Positions 28,707 through 39,995 of a DNA stretch of 64,000 nt are shown piece by piece. The notes beneath the pieces were generated by a model. The model saw only the letters and a program-made list of their open reading frames with translations, searched no databases and was not told the DNA's origin. This DNA comes from a virus (Duplodnaviria; Caudoviricetes). The translations under genes were made by a program, and so were the position numbers. The DNA lies in IMG/VR virus record IMGVR_UViG_3300031555_001542, positions 1 to 64,000 of that record. One strand, written 5' to 3'. Position 1 is the stretch's first letter. Each line of letters starts with the position of its first letter.

Positions 28707-28994
28707 ATGAGCATGTGTGATATTTTCAGTTATTGGCGCTGCCCCAATTGTGACCACGAAAATGTGTACAATTTAACTTGGCAGCATTTTTACAAGTTTA
28801 AAGAGTTACCAGATGATGAGTATTCTAAAGAAACATGTAAGAACTGTGGTAAAGCATACTATGTAGATTCAACAGAGCCAAATCCATTTGTTTTCAGAAT
28901 GAATAGGGGCAGATGCAAAAATGATTATATCAAGGATATGGTGATTGATGTAAATGAAAAACTAACAATAGTTGGCGAATGCTTTACAACATAA
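28707..28994 (+). CDS. Hypothetical Zn-ribbon protein
   Basis: CPNC..CKNC. Confidence 0.65.
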   Translation: MSMCDIFSYWRCPNCDHENVYNLTWQHFYKFKELPDDEYSKETCKNCGKAYYVDSTEPNPFVFRMNRGRCKNDYIKDMVIDVNEKLTIVGECFTT

Positions 28995-29017
28995 AAATAG
29001 AGTTTTAAGAGGTAGTT

Positions 29018-29362
29018 ATGAGAGTAGAAAATACAAAAGTAAAATTCACAATCCCAATTCCTATTGACAAGCCAGATGCCAATGGAATTATCTACACAGA
29101 AGAAGCCGTAGAAAACGCAGTCAACAATCTTAATAAGCACCTCCCAATCGTCTACAAGAAAAGCGCCGAAACTGATGAAGTAGTTATTGGATCCACAACT
29201 GGAGACTCACATATTGTAACTTGGGACTCCGAAAATCAAGTTTGCAAGTTGACAGTAGATGGTGTCATTTTTTACAGTGGCGCAGAAATCATTGTAAATG
29301 AAATGACGAAAGATGGTAAGATAACTGACTTTAAAATTGCAAGTATTGGACTGACAATATAA
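29018..29362 (+). CDS. Hypothetical protein
   Basis: ORF after a junction motif. Confidence 0.7.
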   Translation: MRVENTKVKFTIPIPIDKPDANGIIYTEEAVENAVNNLNKHLPIVYKKSAETDEVVIGSTTGDSHIVTWDSENQVCKLTVDGVIFYSGAEIIVNEMTKDGKITDFKIASIGLTI

Positions 29363-29391
29363 AAATAAATTTTAATAAAGGGGTATAAAAT

Positions 29392-29694
29392 ATGAGAAGA
29401 CTAAAAAATGTAGAGTATGTTGTAGAAAATATTCTCAACACAATGGAAGAAACTAGATCAAGCGATGATATTCTTTATTTGAATGTTTGCGAGCATTTTA
29501 ACAACGAAGCACCATCAATGACTTTGAAAGATTTTTTGAGTGAAAGAAAGAGTACTGGTTGCCCCACTTTTGAAACTGTCAGAAGAACAAGACAAAAAGT
29601 TTTTGAGAAAAGACCTGATCTTAAGCCAAATAGAATCACGGAACTTAGAGAAGATATGATTCCTGTTTTTGTTGATTATGCAATCAATGGTTAA
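29392..29694 (+). CDS. Hypothetical protein
   Basis: TRSSDDILY..PTFETVRRTRQK motif. Confidence 0.7.
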   Translation: MRRLKNVEYVVENILNTMEETRSSDDILYLNVCEHFNNEAPSMTLKDFLSERKSTGCPTFETVRRTRQKVFEKRPDLKPNRITELREDMIPVFVDYAING

Positions 29695-29728
29695 CACGTA
29701 AAAATATAGTTTTAAGAGGTAGAAAAAC

Positions 29729-30208
29729 ATGTTAAGTGCAGCACTAACAGGTCATAGACCTGAAAGACTAGGATATGCCAAAGACACATATGCAACAGAA
29801 TCCTGGGGTCGTGTAATTGACTGGCTCAAGGCTCAAATCAAAGAAAACAAAATAACAGATGTTTATTGCGGCATGGCAAGTGGTTGTGACATCGCATACG
29901 GAATAGCCGCATTAGAGCTAAAAGATGAAGACTACCAAGTAAGCTTACATTGTGTTCTTCCGTGTAAAGATTACAACTTATCTAATCCATGGTATAAGCA
30001 GCTCAAAGAAGGTGCAGATGAATGTATTGAACTTTCTAAAGAATTTTATAAGGGCTGTGATGATGCCCGTGATCAGTATATGGTAGATCATAGCGACAAA
30101 CTATTTGCTATTTTTGACGGTAATAAGTCTGGTGGCGTTTGGTCTACTATTAGAAAGGCACAAAAGAAAGGTATTGATATTATCTATTATCCAAAAGAAA
30201 ATTTTTAA
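29729..30208 (+). CDS. YspA/SLOG-family protein
   Basis: ALTGHRPERLG, GMASGCD, RDQYMVDHSD, FDGNKSGG. Confidence 0.85.
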   Translation: MLSAALTGHRPERLGYAKDTYATESWGRVIDWLKAQIKENKITDVYCGMASGCDIAYGIAALELKDEDYQVSLHCVLPCKDYNLSNPWYKQLKEGADECIELSKEFYKGCDDARDQYMVDHSDKLFAIFDGNKSGGVWSTIRKAQKKGIDIIYYPKENF

Positions 30209-30220
30209 GAGGTATAAAAT

Positions 30221-33200
30221 ATGGCAAGAAGATTTGAAGTTAACAGTATTAATTTGGACGCATACGACATCCACCCATTCGTAAATGATAAGTTTACTGG
30301 CTTTGTTGTTAAATGGGATTCTGACATTGGATTTGGAGAATACACAATTTATAAGGCTTCGGACTCTAATAAGTGGTGCGCCCAGTCTGAGCACATGGAC
30401 AACAATGAAGATAAAGACTTCATCAAAGAGTTAATGAAGCTGTTTATTGAGAAGCTAGACATTGTGGAGTGAGGTTACTCAATGGAAGAACTTAAACAAG
30501 GAACCTGGGAGCGCATAGTAAAGCAGCACGGCAATGCCACAGATGGTTTCTGGACAGAACAATTCTGGAAGTGCTCAGAATGTAACTATGAGCGCCGTGA
30601 TACTTTCATTCCCAAGCACAAGCCACCCTATTGTGAAGAGTGTGGTGCATACATGAAAGGTGATAAACAAAATGAATAATACAACTATGATTATGGAGGT
30701 AGCGGGTAATCCTCATAAGCCTGGTGATATTCTTCACATAAATTATGAACGGTGGGTTGTTACTAAAGCGGTTTTTAATCATACATATTCAACTGTTTAT
30801 CTTGAACCCTTAACAAACGTTCTTGCTAGAAATACGCTAATCCCAGTTGATGGATATGAGAAATATTCTATTGCAGACTATCTTAAGATTCTTTGTGATG
30901 AATATGAGTATGATTGTCAAGGTTGAGGTAATTAATAATGGAAAAAATGAAACCAATGGCCAAATGTAAAACCTGTATGCATGAACGAGCTTGCGCCGCA
31001 TGGATTCGTCATGGAGAAATTTTATATAATGATTTCGAATATTCCGTAGATGACTGTCCGTATTATAATGAAGAAATGGGCTTTGCCGAGAAAACAATAC
31101 ATCTTTATTGGAAAACATTTTTGGGTGGAGCTGCGGCATTTATGAAATATATCCAGGAACATTCTGATAATAGTGTAGAAGATTTGCTAGTTAGATTTTG
31201 TGAGCAATATGGCGAAGTAAGAAAGGTGCAATCGAATGAATAAATTTAAAATGGAACTAACTTGGCACAATTGCAAAACGTGTCAGCCAGAAGAAGATTC
31301 AAATGGATGTCTCATTATTACAAATGGTAAGTTAATTTACGAAGTTGCGTGGTCTAGATTTTGGCAAGGTTTTGGTAGCCACAACATAGAAATTAAAGAT
31401 GAAGACCTTATTAACTGGTGGTGGGCAGATATTGTGCAGACTGTGCACAAGGCACCAGAGTTCAAGGAGGGACTAAAATGATTTTATTTTATTGTCGTAT
31501 GATGGCACCTGAAAGGAGACGAAGCAATGCAAGTTCTAACAAAAGAAACTTTAGACGCAGCCGTCAAAAAGTGCAAAGAGAGTGAACGCTATAGAGTTTT
31601 AATCATGACTAAATATGCAGGAGATCATGCCAGAATACTTGATTATTTATCACAAGTTGGCGCAGATGTTGTACGTTGTTTTGGACATCCATGGGCAAGA
31701 TTTTTAAATGGAAGTGTCATTAATATGCTATCGAGCGCATCTAATGCAAGAGGCTACAAGGCAAATTTGGTTTTATATCAAGAAGATGTTGTTAATGGAA
31801 ACCCAGAAATAATGAATATTCTATGGTCTATGGAAATTAAAAATATGGGGTTTAAACTTTTTAAAAACGAGGTATAACTATGTACGAAGAATTTGACAAG
31901 TTAGAAATGGAACTGAAACTCCTATATGCCAAAGATGCAATCTTTAGAATGATTTCGCAATTTCATCATGCAAGTACAATTGATGATAGTGAAGATCTAT
32001 ACATCTTCAACTATTGTGAATCTGCGCTAGAGTTAGCATTTGAGGTTCTTGGCATCGAAGAAAACTACATTCCATTAATGCAGTTTTGCATAATGTGGGA
32101 AAATAACAACCGTGCGCTTTGGGGCTATAACATTCCAGATAAACCGTTTGGCGGCTTAACTGCAGATATTTATTATCAATGTTTTAAGGATGATTATGAA
32201 CTCTGGCAAAGAACCTTGGAGGAAATCGCAAATGAAGATTATTAAGAGTGGAGACCGACGACCAAGGCGCTTTACTTGCAGATATTGTGGTTGTGTGTTC
32301 GTTGCAGAACTTGGTGAATATACTGTTGCAGCAAGTGGTGATAATTTTTTTGTACAGTGCCCTGAATGTAACAGCAATTTTGATATGAAAGCACCATTAT
32401 ATACAGATGAATTTGTGATAATAGATAAAACTGAATCTACTAATTATAATGATTGGACCCATAGTATGTATTGTGATTGGATGCAAAGGCAAGGTATGTA
32501 AAATGAATTATAATTTTCGAGGGAAACGTGCCGAGTTAGGTGTATATGATGATGCTATGGGTTTTACGCCAGAAGAAAGAGAAACGTATCATAATATGTT
32601 GGTCAATCATAGTTTTGATACTGGATTAAATATATTCGATGACAAACTATGGATTTGTGGTGATGATGTTGTTGAATCTGTCGTGCCATCTCCAAAAATA
32701 TTGCATGATAAGATAACTGCGGAAAGACATGCAGAGATGCTAGTTGCAGTTGAAGAATTTCTCGAAAACCATCCATTAGATAAGATTATAAAGATAAATG
32801 GTAGTAAGTTCGACAATACAGAATTAATGGAGGAGCAAAATGGAAACTAGATGCGTGCCTTTTAAATTTACAATTGAAGGACAAGAAATTGAGGCTTATC
32901 TAACAGAAAAGAACTGGGAATTGGTTCTCAAAGCAATAAATAAAAAGAAAACTGGATATGAGCGTGCAGACTACAATAAAATATATTTTACTGAAGGCTG
33001 CGGATATGTTCAGAGCTATGCTGATTGGGGTAAAGATATTGACGAATCATATTATAAGTGTGCCAACTATTATTCTGACAAAACTGTAGCTGAAAATAAT
33101 ACTCGTGCAGACAACCTTATGCGCCAGTTGAGACGGTTTGCGGTTGAGCATAGAACAAAGGATGACCCAGATGAAAAATTTTATATTTTTGATATGAAGC

Positions 33201-33903
33201 AAGTTGGGTTGCAAATAGCACGAAACACTGATAAGTATATTGGTCCATGGTTTGATACTTTACATGCAGCTTCTCAGGCAATTGAAACTTTCCGTGACGA
33301 ACTAATTTGGTACTTTACTGAATATAAAGACAGCCTATGAGGTGACATATGGAATATTTAAAACTAATTGTACTTATATGCTTTGTTATACCAGTAGTAA
33401 TATCAGCCATTGTTCTTATTGTTCTAACGGCGGCTTATATAAAAGCCATGATCAGAAGAAGAAAAATAAATAATATTTAAGAGGTGTTTTAAATGTCACA
33501 TGGAATTATCGGTGGCATCCTAGGTATTGCCATCGCATTTGTTTTAGACTTTATTGGTGTGGACACTTATGTAATTGAATTTTTGCAGCCCTATCTAACA
33601 TTTGCACTTAATATTTATCATTTTTATGGGCTATTTGGAATTTTAGGTGCTGTTGCAGGCATTCTACCGTGGTAATTAGGAGGGTTAAAAATGAGCGGAC
33701 GTTATATTAGACAAGAACCTTATGTTGATGATCATGGTATTTATGTTCCAGAAAAGGAATATGTGCCTGAAGACTGTGTTAGTACATATCGCTGCATTAT
33801 GACAAAAGAAATGTTTGTTGAGGCATACAACAAATGGATTAATGGATATACTAGCATCCATCATTATGGCGAAGATGATGCTGATTGTTGGAGTGATGAT
33901 TAA
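30221..33903 (+). other. Run of small hypothetical genes (30221-30472, 30482-30679, 30672-30926, 30938-31243, 31236-31481, 31527-31877, 31880-32245, 32232-32501, 32503-32850, 32840-33340, 33493-33675, 33691-33903)
   Basis: Tightly packed co-oriented ORFs with RBS; no function recognised. Confidence 0.65.
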
Positions 33904-34089
33904 TGGGTGGCCCAATTGAAATTCGTAAAGACGGTGTGCCTATTTGTGAGTGCGCAAATGAAGATTGTCTTTATCCTTATGAAATTATGAAAGATATGAT
34001 GAAGTATGGATATAAGTTTTATCAAGATGGAAAGATTTATAAACCAGAAAAGAAGAAGCAAGAAAAATAAAATATAAAGGCGGTGATGT

Positions 34090-36891
34090 TTGTTGGCGAA
34101 GCAAAAGAAATTACAACAATATGTATTTAAGATAAACTCTACTCTATTGCGTAAAAATGATTGGAATTTAACTTTGCCGCTAAACAGAGCTAGAAATACA
34201 ACAGGGCTTGTCGTTGCCCTAGCAGATTCACAGATCCTATCTTGGATCAATGAATTGAATGGAACTGAAGATTATGATATTCAGGCAAAAGAAATTAAGC
34301 GACAAATTAAAGAGATTAAGAAGCAGCCAGTGAGCCGTAGTAATAAAACTAAAATCTCAAATTTGTATAAGCAGCTATATAGACTTCAGTTCAAAGAAGA
34401 TTATCTGTGTGTCATAATGGATAGAAAATCAGACTATGACCGTGCTAATCAAGGTTTTTATGTCAATGGAATTAAATATCTGCGTCTTTTGTGCACTACA
34501 GGAGGCGTAAAAACATCAACAGTTGTGTATGTTAGCGAGAAGTTGCACCCTGAATTGAAGAAGCGCATCGAGAATGGCAAGAATAATGAAGTAAAACTTG
34601 TCCCCGCAAAATTGGGAGCCTATGAAGCCTTAGCAGCCAGCGGATCTCTTGAAGTTAGTTGGCCAAAGGACAAATATGCGCCAATTCCTGGCGGAGTTAT
34701 AGTTATTCGTGACGCCTTTACTGAATTTTATGCAGATTTGATTAACATTGATGATAGTGATAGAACTCAGGAGCCAATTGTGCAGTTTGCGCCAAATCAA
34801 TTAGTTAGAAATGACTGTTCAGACGGATGCTCTATGATGCTCCCTTCCCTATCTAGGCGCTGGAATGGCGAGCTTAATGATGATTATGAGCACACAATGA
34901 GTGGATGCAATCTTCGTTGCGCATGGACCAAGGGTATGACATTCACTTTTGATTATATAAAATTTGCAGAAGAAGTCGTAGGTGCCTCAGATGATTGCCC
35001 TGAAAAGTATTTGATAAAAGATATTTGGGGCCAAGAAAGAGATATTAGAGACTCTGAATTAATTATAACTGAGAGTCAGTTAAAGCTTTGGAGCTGCTAT
35101 GATTCTTGGGAGGATTATTATTCTAAGTGCTTAGAAAACAAGTATACTATCAGAGTTGCAAAGACTGCGCCGCATGAAGTTGATACAGTTAGACAGTTAA
35201 ACTATCAGTTTATTCAGTCGTTAAACCTATCTGATGAAGATATTCAAGAACTTATTGCTCCTACTGTTAATGAAATTAAAGACACTATTGGTTTAGATCA
35301 TAGAAAAAGCCTTGTGTATCTTTGTGGTAAAAACTTAAAAGCAGAGAATATTCAATACACAGACGCCGCAGCAAGGGCACTAATGGCAAATGCAGACACT
35401 ATAAAAGACCCATATATACGCAATAGAATCAAAAAAATGATTAATAAGCGTATCAGAGAGGCAAAGATCGGTGTTCTTGATGTTAGTGGCAACTTCCAAA
35501 TCATCTCTGGTGACATATATGCACTATGCGAGAGTATGTTCGGTTTAGAGGTGCATGGATTGCTCAAAGCAGGTGAACTTTACAGCAAATACTGGAAAGA
35601 TAGTGGTGTTAAGCGTGTAATGTGTGCAAGAGCGCCAATGTCAAATGAGCATTCTCTTGTTTCTCAGGACATTTGTTATGATGATAAAGTTGAGTATTGG
35701 TTTGAATATATGGACACAGTTGCTGTTGTAAATGCATGGGATACTATGCCAATGGCTCTTAATGGTTTTGATTTTGATGGAGATTTGTTATTTACAACAG
35801 ATAGCCCTCCCCTGCTTAAGAATCAAAAGAATCTTCCAGCGCTAAATTGTATTCAGTACAATGCCTCAAAAATAGTTGTTACAGAGGCAGATGTTATTAA
35901 GGCAAATAAGAATGGATTCGGTAGTAAGATTGGCAGTATCACTAATAGAATCACTGCAATTACATCTTTGATGGCAAATTATGAGCCTGGAAGCGTTGAA
36001 TATGAGACTTTAAGGTACAGAACTCAGTGTGGACAAGCTCTGCAGCAAGAGGAAATCGATAAGGCCAAGGGCATTTTACCCAATCCAATGCCTAAAAATT
36101 GGTACATTTTTAGTGAAAATATCATAAAAAATGACGATTCTGATGAAATTAAGGCCAAAAAAATGCTAAATCAGAGGCTTTGTGCAGAGAAAAAACCATA
36201 CTTTTTCGGTTATAATTACACTACTTTAAAGCAAGAATATGACATTTTTGTGCGTGATACGGATGAGCATATTCAGAGTGTAACGGGCAAAAATGTACTA
36301 GATTTGCTTAAAAATGATGGAAATTTGCCAGAAAATGAGCAAAAAATCTTGGAATTTTATAAAAAACGGCTACCTTTAGACGTTTCTCCGTCTACTATGA
36401 ACCGTATTTGCTGGGCGATTGAGGATGAATTTGATGGTGTTGATCTATTTGAGAATGTGAAGTTTGACTACTCTATTTACAAAAGTGGGTTTGAATACTC
36501 GTTAGAGGAATATGAGCTTATAAAATTGAAGTGCGAAGCTTATAAACAGAAAAAACGTGATATAAATAAGAAAAAGTTTGTTGAACATGAGGATATGGAA
36601 GAGAGCGCAACAGACCAAATTGTAAAACTCAATGCAGACTTAGAAGAAAGTTGCTTCTCAATATGCACCAATGAACAAGTGTTGTGTGAGATTTTGCTTG
36701 ATATTTGTTATCGAGATGGTATTGATGTAAATATTGTATGGAACTTGTGTGGGGACGTTATTGTTGACAAACTTGTCAAAAAGTCTGGCACATATAGCTA
36801 TCCAGAACAGGACGACAATGGAGAGTTTAGTTATGGTGGAGTAAAATTTACTATGAAGAATATTGCAGCTGGAGGTGAAGTTAATGATTAA
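34090..36891 (+). CDS. Single-subunit, two-barrel DNA-dependent RNA polymerase (SPbeta YonO-like)
   Basis: SDG, KG, RAP and catalytic GFDFDGD motifs; 933 aa; upstream of the morphogenesis cluster. Confidence 0.85.
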   Translation: MLAKQKKLQQYVFKINSTLLRKNDWNLTLPLNRARNTTGLVVALADSQILSWINELNGTEDYDIQAKEIKRQIKEIKKQPVSRSNKTKISNLYKQLYRLQFKEDYLCVIMDRKSDYDRANQGFYVNGIKYLRLLCTTGGVKTSTVVYVSEKLHPELKKRIENGKNNEVKLVPAKLGAYEALAASGSLEVSWPKDKYAPIPGGVIVIRDAFTEFYADLINIDDSDRTQEPIVQFAPNQLVRNDCSDGCSMMLPSLSRRWNGELNDDYEHTMSGCNLRCAWTKGMTFTFDYIKFAEEVVGASDDCPEKYLIKDIWGQERDIRDSELIITESQLKLWSCYDSWEDYYSKCLENKYTIRVAKTAPHEVDTVRQLNYQFIQSLNLSDEDIQELIAPTVNEIKDTIGLDHRKSLVYLCGKNLKAENIQYTDAAARALMANADTIKDPYIRNRIKKMINKRIREAKIGVLDVSGNFQIISGDIYALCESMFGLEVHGLLKAGELYSKYWKDSGVKRVMCARAPMSNEHSLVSQDICYDDKVEYWFEYMDTVAVVNAWDTMPMALNGFDFDGDLLFTTDSPPLLKNQKNLPALNCIQYNASKIVVTEADVIKANKNGFGSKIGSITNRITAITSLMANYEPGSVEYETLRYRTQCGQALQQEEIDKAKGILPNPMPKNWYIFSENIIKNDDSDEIKAKKMLNQRLCAEKKPYFFGYNYTTLKQEYDIFVRDTDEHIQSVTGKNVLDLLKNDGNLPENEQKILEFYKKRLPLDVSPSTMNRICWAIEDEFDGVDLFENVKFDYSIYKSGFEYSLEEYELIKLKCEAYKQKKRDINKKKFVEHEDMEESATDQIVKLNADLEESCFSICTNEQVLCEILLDICYRDGIDVNIVWNLCGDVIVDKLVKKSGTYSYPEQDDNGEFSYGGVKFTMKNIAAGGEVND

Positions 36892-37771
36892 TTTTAAATT
36901 TGATGATAGAAAAGATATTGAAAACAAGATATCTTGTAATTATGTAAATCAAGATAATCCTGAAGATACAATTAGAGATCTTGCAAGATATAATCATCAC
37001 ATTTTAGAAATGAAAAAAGAAGATAATTATGATTCTATTTTAACGTATATGGCTCAGAATTGTCCTGACTTTTATGAAGAGAAGTATTTCAAAATCATTT
37101 ATAGAAATATTGCAAGTGCAAAGAAGTATAAGTTTAGAAGTGTTAATCCAGTTGTAATTACTAAGTCTGAAATTGATAAAATCACCAGTTTAAATGACAT
37201 TAGGAAAGAAAAAATTGCTTTTGTGCTTTTGGCAATTGCGAAATATTATAATAATGTGTCTCCTGACAACAATAATAGGATGTATATATCTATTAGTGAT
37301 TTGTTCAAACTTGCAAGGGTGTCAATTCCATGTAAGGAAAGAGCGAGCTACTTACACTTTGCTTATCAAGAAGGAATCTTGGTTGAGCATACATTTGTTG
37401 GAACAAATTTAAAAGTTGTATCTTTCGTTGATAATGATAGTGATTCAGTAATGAAGCTTGGTGAAGATGATTACAAAGAGCTTGCATATGCTTATTTGAA
37501 TTATAAGAGTGGTGGATATAAACATTGTAAGGGCTGTGGAAAGTTATTTAAAATGCATAAGAATTCCCCTGGTAGGTTGTATTGTAAAGAGTGCGGACAG
37601 AAGGAAGAAACTAGCGGCTTTAAGGCAATTAAGTGTATTGATTGCGGAGCAGATATTGTTGTTAGTGTGTTAAATACTAAAACTTGCAGGTGCGAAACAT
37701 GCCAAGACGTACGAAATAAAGAGCTAAAATCAGCAAGAAATGCAAAATACTATGAGCAACATAAAAATTAA
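36884..37771 (+). CDS. Hypothetical protein with C-terminal Zn fingers
   Basis: CKGC, CKEC, CIDC and CETC; coupled to the RNAP gene. Confidence 0.75.
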   Translation: MINFKFDDRKDIENKISCNYVNQDNPEDTIRDLARYNHHILEMKKEDNYDSILTYMAQNCPDFYEEKYFKIIYRNIASAKKYKFRSVNPVVITKSEIDKITSLNDIRKEKIAFVLLAIAKYYNNVSPDNNNRMYISISDLFKLARVSIPCKERASYLHFAYQEGILVEHTFVGTNLKVVSFVDNDSDSVMKLGEDDYKELAYAYLNYKSGGYKHCKGCGKLFKMHKNSPGRLYCKECGQKEETSGFKAIKCIDCGADIVVSVLNTKTCRCETCQDVRNKELKSARNAKYYEQHKN

Positions 37772-37810
37772 GACGCTTGCCTTAAAACTTACAATACAAA
37801 ATTAATGTTA

Positions 37811-37838
37811 AAAACACTAGGGATTCTCTAGTGTTTTT
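37811..37838. terminator. Terminator-like hairpin
   Basis: AAAACACTAG-GGATTCT-CTAGTGTTTTT. Confidence 0.6.
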
Positions 37839-37944
37839 GGCATTACAAAAATTATGAATTGAATTTTCATAAAATGATAGAGCTTGTTGTGCAAATTAAA
37901 CAAGATAACATTAATAAAATTAACAACACGGGGAGGTACAAAAT

Positions 37945-38139
37945 ATGGCAAAAGCAGCAATAAATCAAACTTTAAAATTAAATGCTAGTGGCATTTTAGC
38001 AATTCAGAGTGACGGCGCTTATATAGAAAATGGCGACACTGGTGAATTGATTAATTTAAAAGACCTATTATCTGAGTTTGCTGACAAATCCGTAAAGATA
38101 TCAGTTACTTATGATTTTGATTATGGTAATGAAGAATAA
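37945..38139 (+). CDS. YonK-like small protein
   Basis: LKDLLSEFADKSVKISV resembles the SPbeta YonK C-terminus as recalled; syntenic position. Confidence 0.55.
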   Translation: MAKAAINQTLKLNASGILAIQSDGAYIENGDTGELINLKDLLSEFADKSVKISVTYDFDYGNEE

Positions 38140-38163
38140 TTAGTGCAAACAAGGGGGCAAAAA

Positions 38164-38499
38164 ATGGAACGAATAATGAAAAAACAAGAGCTTGCTGAAG
38201 AACTTGCGGCGAGAACTGGTTTCTTTAAAAAGAATGCTAGAGAGTTTGTTGAAGCTCTTTCTGATATTGTTATTGAGCACTTTGAGACTGCTGAATTTGG
38301 CGCAGATAGTGAATTACATTTAGCGCCAGGAGTTGTGCTCGTAGGAAAAAGAAAGCCGTCTGGTGAGGCAAAAGATCCTCGCACTGGTGAAGTTATTATT
38401 AGTCCAGAGAAAGTTATCCCCTCTGCGGTATTTAAACAATCTGTGAGATTGAAATTATATAAAAAGCCAAAGGGCTATAAAAAGAAAAAGAAGGGGTAA
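38164..38499 (+). CDS. HU/IHF-like DNA-binding protein
   Basis: MKKQELAEELAARTG..DPRTGEVI..F. Confidence 0.85.
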   Translation: MERIMKKQELAEELAARTGFFKKNAREFVEALSDIVIEHFETAEFGADSELHLAPGVVLVGKRKPSGEAKDPRTGEVIISPEKVIPSAVFKQSVRLKLYKKPKGYKKKKKG

Positions 38500-38505
38500 T
38501 GTTAT

Positions 38506-39702
38506 ATGGTTGATAGCTTAAAGAGAATGGAAAACGAAAATGACGAGCAGTATTTCTATAGAATTTGCAACATGAAAGAAACTCTTGGATTTACGTGGCC
38601 ACAGATGGCGGAAATTTTCAATAATGAGTTTGGATGCAATAAAGGCGATACTGCGTATAGAAAGCGTTGGAATGCATTTAAGAGTGTGCTTGATGCAAAT
38701 ACTGATAAGATTGTTGGCGACAATTCATATTCCAATGAACTACAAGATCAGATTGACGAGTTGTATAAAGCGAAGAGATTACTCGCTGATCAAAGACGTG
38801 AATATAATAAAATGCTTGTTAGTGATGCCAGAGCAGACAATTTAGCAGAAAAGTTAATTGAGGCCGCAAATCTTGTTCCTCTAAAGGATTATTCCAGTGT
38901 TTTTACATTTAAGAATGATACCTCTGTTGAGGAAGCAATTCTTTGCTTGAGCGATTGGCATTATGGACAAGTTTCAAATAATATTTGGAATCAGTATGAT
39001 ACTAATATCTGTTTACAGCGTGTGTCTAAGCTATTTGAGAAAGTTGCGTCTGCTCTGATGGAGCATGAGATTAAAACACTACATGTAGTCCTATTAGGCG
39101 ATTTTGTGAATGGTTCAATCCACACTGGTTGCAGAGTAGCTTCTGAAGAGAATACATGTGAGCAGTTAATGCATGTTTCAGAAATTCTTGCAAACTTTAT
39201 TAATGCAATTTCTGCATATGTTGATGAAGTTAATGTTTATTCTACATATGGCAATCATGCACGTACTATTCAAAACAAGAATGATAGTATTCATGCTGAC
39301 AATATGGAGCGTGTTATTCCATGGTGGTTAAAGCAGCGCCTAAAGGAAAATACCAAGGTTGACATTGTTGATAGTGAATATCATGAGTTTATTTATTTTA
39401 ATGTTTGTGGATATAATGTGGTCTGTTCCCATGGAGATCTTGACCAGTTCAAGAACCTGGGCATGACCGTTAATAGTTTGTTCTCTAAGAAGTATGGCAA
39501 AACAATTGATTACACTTTCTCTGGAGACAAGCATCATCTTGAAGCATTTGAGCAGTTTGGCGTCGAGTCTACTTTAGTAGGTTCTTTGTGCGGAACTGAT
39601 GAATATGCAAATAACAAGAGATTATATTCCAATCCTATGCAGACTTTGTGTATTTTTACACCAGAGGATGGAAAACTATGCTCTTATAATATAAAGTTAT
39701 AA
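38506..39702 (+). CDS. Calcineurin-like metallophosphoesterase
   Basis: LSDWHYG, LLGDFVNG, GNHAR, SHGD, GDKHH. Confidence 0.85.
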   Translation: MVDSLKRMENENDEQYFYRICNMKETLGFTWPQMAEIFNNEFGCNKGDTAYRKRWNAFKSVLDANTDKIVGDNSYSNELQDQIDELYKAKRLLADQRREYNKMLVSDARADNLAEKLIEAANLVPLKDYSSVFTFKNDTSVEEAILCLSDWHYGQVSNNIWNQYDTNICLQRVSKLFEKVASALMEHEIKTLHVVLLGDFVNGSIHTGCRVASEENTCEQLMHVSEILANFINAISAYVDEVNVYSTYGNHARTIQNKNDSIHADNMERVIPWWLKQRLKENTKVDIVDSEYHEFIYFNVCGYNVVCSHGDLDQFKNLGMTVNSLFSKKYGKTIDYTFSGDKHHLEAFEQFGVESTLVGSLCGTDEYANNKRLYSNPMQTLCIFTPEDGKLCSYNIKL

Positions 39703-39707
39703 ATGGT

Positions 39708-39926
39708 ATTCCGTCACCTTTAAGTGCGGAACGTTAGGGCTGGTTGTGTGTGGAAAACACTTCCCTGGTCCACCGAATTGCGTGGAAATTCTGCGCTAAG
39801 TCTTGCCTGAGTGACTATAAACTCTGAACGGGCAATTTGTAAGACCCGTCCCTGCGGGGCGAAATCAGGAAGCTAAGCCAGACTTTGGGGCTGGAGCGTC
39901 GTTCAAGAGGACAGAAAACTCTTGTC
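39708..39926 (+). ncRNA. Candidate structured ncRNA (about 220-250 nt)
   Basis: GC-richer ORF-free gap with at least six stems, ending at a terminator. Confidence 0.45.
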
Positions 39927-39960
39927 GAGTAGGGGTTCATTCCCCTACTCTTTTTATTTT
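39927..39960 (+). terminator. Intrinsic terminator
   Basis: GAGTAGGGG-TTCATT-CCCCTACTC-TTTTTATTTT. Confidence 0.8.
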
Positions 39961-39995
39961 ATAAAATACGAAATTTGAAAGGACAATGAAAAATT

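Larger units (their letters stand above)
27906..29721 (+). repeat. Repeated gene-junction motif AAAAATAGAGTTTTAAGAGGTA
   Basis: Copies at about 27909, 28440, 28993 and 29700 (one mismatch); degenerate copies at about 27502 and 30196. Confidence 0.8.

Noticed and set aside
39890-39950. tRNA or tmRNA, from a GGTTCATTCC T-arm-like sequence
   Set aside because: 6-nt loop, no cloverleaf or CCA, followed by a U tract; it fits an intrinsic terminator
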